Assembly (NCBI RefSeq): GCF_004010195.1
Contig: NC_057718.1
Coordinates: 24,862,008-24,926,007, forward strand
Length of the DNA: 64,000 bases
Reading direction: 5' to 3'
DNA from: Chiloscyllium plagiosum
Taxonomy: Eukaryota
The notes beneath the pieces are model-generated. The model was not told where the DNA came from, did not search any database, and was given only the letters and a program-made list of their open reading frames with translations. Made by a program: the position numbers and the translations under genes. Shown here piece by piece: positions 62,055 through 64,000 of this stretch (positions are counted from its first letter, which is position 1; every line of letters begins with the position of its first letter).

Positions 62055-62695
62055 TATTGTATTCGCTGCACCCAATGTAGCCTAATCTACATTGGGGAAA
62101 TCAAACACAGACTGGGTGACCGCTTTATGGAACACCTCTGGTCTGTGTGCAAACATGACCCCAACCTTCCCGTAGCTAGTCATTTTAACACAGCATCCTG
62201 CTCACGTAACCACATGTCTGTGCCCAGCATGCTGCAGTGCTCCAGTGAATCGCTGCGCAAACTGGAGGAACAACATCACATCTTAAGACTGGGCACTTTA
62301 CAGCCTTCTGGACTTAATATTGAGTTCAACAACTTCAAATTGTGAACCATTTCTTCCCTTTCTTTCACCTTGTTACATTCTGTCATCATGTCCTCTCTCC
62401 CCTCCCCACTTTCCAGGGGAACTGCCTGTCCTTTCCAGTCTGGCAGTTAAACACGTCATTATTTTGCCATTATCACATTCTATCACTTAACCTGAACTAT
62501 CAACATCTTTTCTCCGCTAGCGCCATACACTCACTACCCCACACCCCAACAACCCCAAACTATAGCATAAATGCTGTCCCCTCCACACTTCATTACTTCT
62601 GATGGAGAGTCATCTAGACTCGAAACATTAGCTTCCTCTCTCTCCATGGATGCTGTCTGACCCGCTGGGATCTCCAGCATTGGTTGTTTTCAGTT
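62055..62695 (+). mobile_element. Penelope-like element 3' end (probably Neptune type): GIY-YIG endonuclease, 3' UTR and hammerhead-like core
   Basis: Open frame 62055-62345 YCIRCTQCSLIYIGEIKHRLGDRFMEH..PVASHFN..RKLEEQHHILRLGTLQPSGLN. CTGATGGAGAGTCATCTAGACTCGAAACATTA at 62599-62630. Confidence 0.9.
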
Positions 62696-63831
62696 AATAT
62701 TGCAGCATTTGGGAAAGATTTTCGGTGATGCATGGATGTTGCACCTACCCTAGCACTGTCCCAAAGTCAATCTCAAGATTCCTGACGTTGCAAGTAATGG
62801 CATTGGGGAAATGGTCCTATACCACTCCATGATTTGTAAATCCACCGACAAAATTCATAACGTTTATCAGCTAGCAACATGAAGTTGATTTGGTGGGAAA
62901 TACAGTGTTAGGCGATGTATTCCCAGCATTAACATACAAAACATCTGCAGCAACATATAACAGCTTTTTTCAGTGGCCTTTCCTGTGATCATCGAGGCCT
63001 AAAGAAATAAATGCAAGTAAATTGTCACTGAAATTATGGAAGCTACAATATATTTATGATTTCATTGCTAAATAGCCATAGCCATTTAACGATGCCGACA
63101 GAGTTTGGGAAAATAAAGGTTACTGTGCATTGTCAAATTACACTAGGATATCATTGTCAGCCTACATTTACCTGTCACAGCAAATACTTTGCACTAGTTG
63201 TAGATGCTGTGTTGTTGCATTGAAATTGTTGATGCAAACAGTAACTGTAAATCTCAGAAACAAAACTCAAGCTTTTGTCAAGACATATTTTACGATGAAA
63301 TGACAGCACTCTTGTAAAAAAGAGATACCACATTATGTCGAAATAATGACCTTTTCATTTACCTGTAAAAAAGAATTGATTGTAAATGGCTTCCATCACA
63401 TTCTGAGATACTGTGGACTTATCAATTTGTCACTGGGATTTGGCCAAGATTGCAAAACGTAATTGCCATTTCTCACAAAAAAGAGAGAGGTGAGTTGAAT
63501 TATGTTTACTGCCATCCTGTCCTCTCCTTAAGAGAATTAGGGGTTTTATTTTTAATTTTCTTTTCTTATTTTCTTTTTGCTTTTAAAATAAATTCAGTAG
63601 CATATTTCCCCAAACCATGTTTGCAAAGTCATAACTAAATGACCCACAGCAAAACTCTTTAGGGTTAAAATGAAGTAGGATTTATTGTTGCATTCAAAAC
63701 CCAGGGCAATGGTTCACAGACACATTCACACACATGCATCCAAGAAGGAAAGAAAAAGAAAGCAAAGAAATTACAAGTCATTTAGAATTCAATGTATTGG
63801 AATTAGGTCGCATGAATTAGAGAGGGTCCAG

Positions 63832-63937
63832 TCAGCCAATGTCCAGCAGGAGGTCTTTCAGATAGTTATGCACAGAGTTCTCTTTCAGAGGAGCTCTGAT
63901 GCAGTCAGATTGCTGGTGAAGATATCATCATTGTAAA
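63832..63937 (-). CDS. Candidate terminal coding exon of an unidentified gene; reading frame ambiguous
   Basis: Acceptor tgtattttgtttgccaatccccag| at 63938 gives xYNDDIFTSNLTASELL* (stop 63885). Alternative acceptor atcttcaccag| at 63913 gives QSDCIRAPLKENSVHNYLKDLLLDIG* (stop 63832). Minus-strand AATAAA at 63681-63686. Confidence 0.4.
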
Positions 63938-64000
63938 CTGGGGATTGGCAAACAAAATACAGGACATTTTTGAGAAATCATACTTCTGAGAGAGATTGAG

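Overview
This is AT-rich, repeat-dense eukaryotic DNA. HE1-type V-SINEs and the CR1 and Penelope content point to a shark or ray; this is inferred from the repeat families only. Much of the window is mobile-element debris: many CR1 LINE fragments (several nested), HE1 SINEs, a second LINE family with a tRNA-like head plus its short derivative, a decayed Ty3/Gypsy element, a solo LTR with a 5-bp target-site duplication (TSD), and a Harbinger relic. At least 11 insertions come from about 5 Penelope-like element (PLE) families, most of them inverted-repeat copies. Most carry a minimal hammerhead-ribozyme core (CUGANGA-stem II-GAA-palindrome). The minus-strand copy at 42644-42680 looks intact. Unique sequence holds a few candidate minus-strand exons (63832-63937, 37379-37528, 3042-3251 and weaker ones) that I cannot assign to a named gene. 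There is a 500-N gap at 51633-52132. No complete host gene, rRNA, tRNA or CRISPR array is visible. Repeat boundaries are approximate unless a TSD is quoted.
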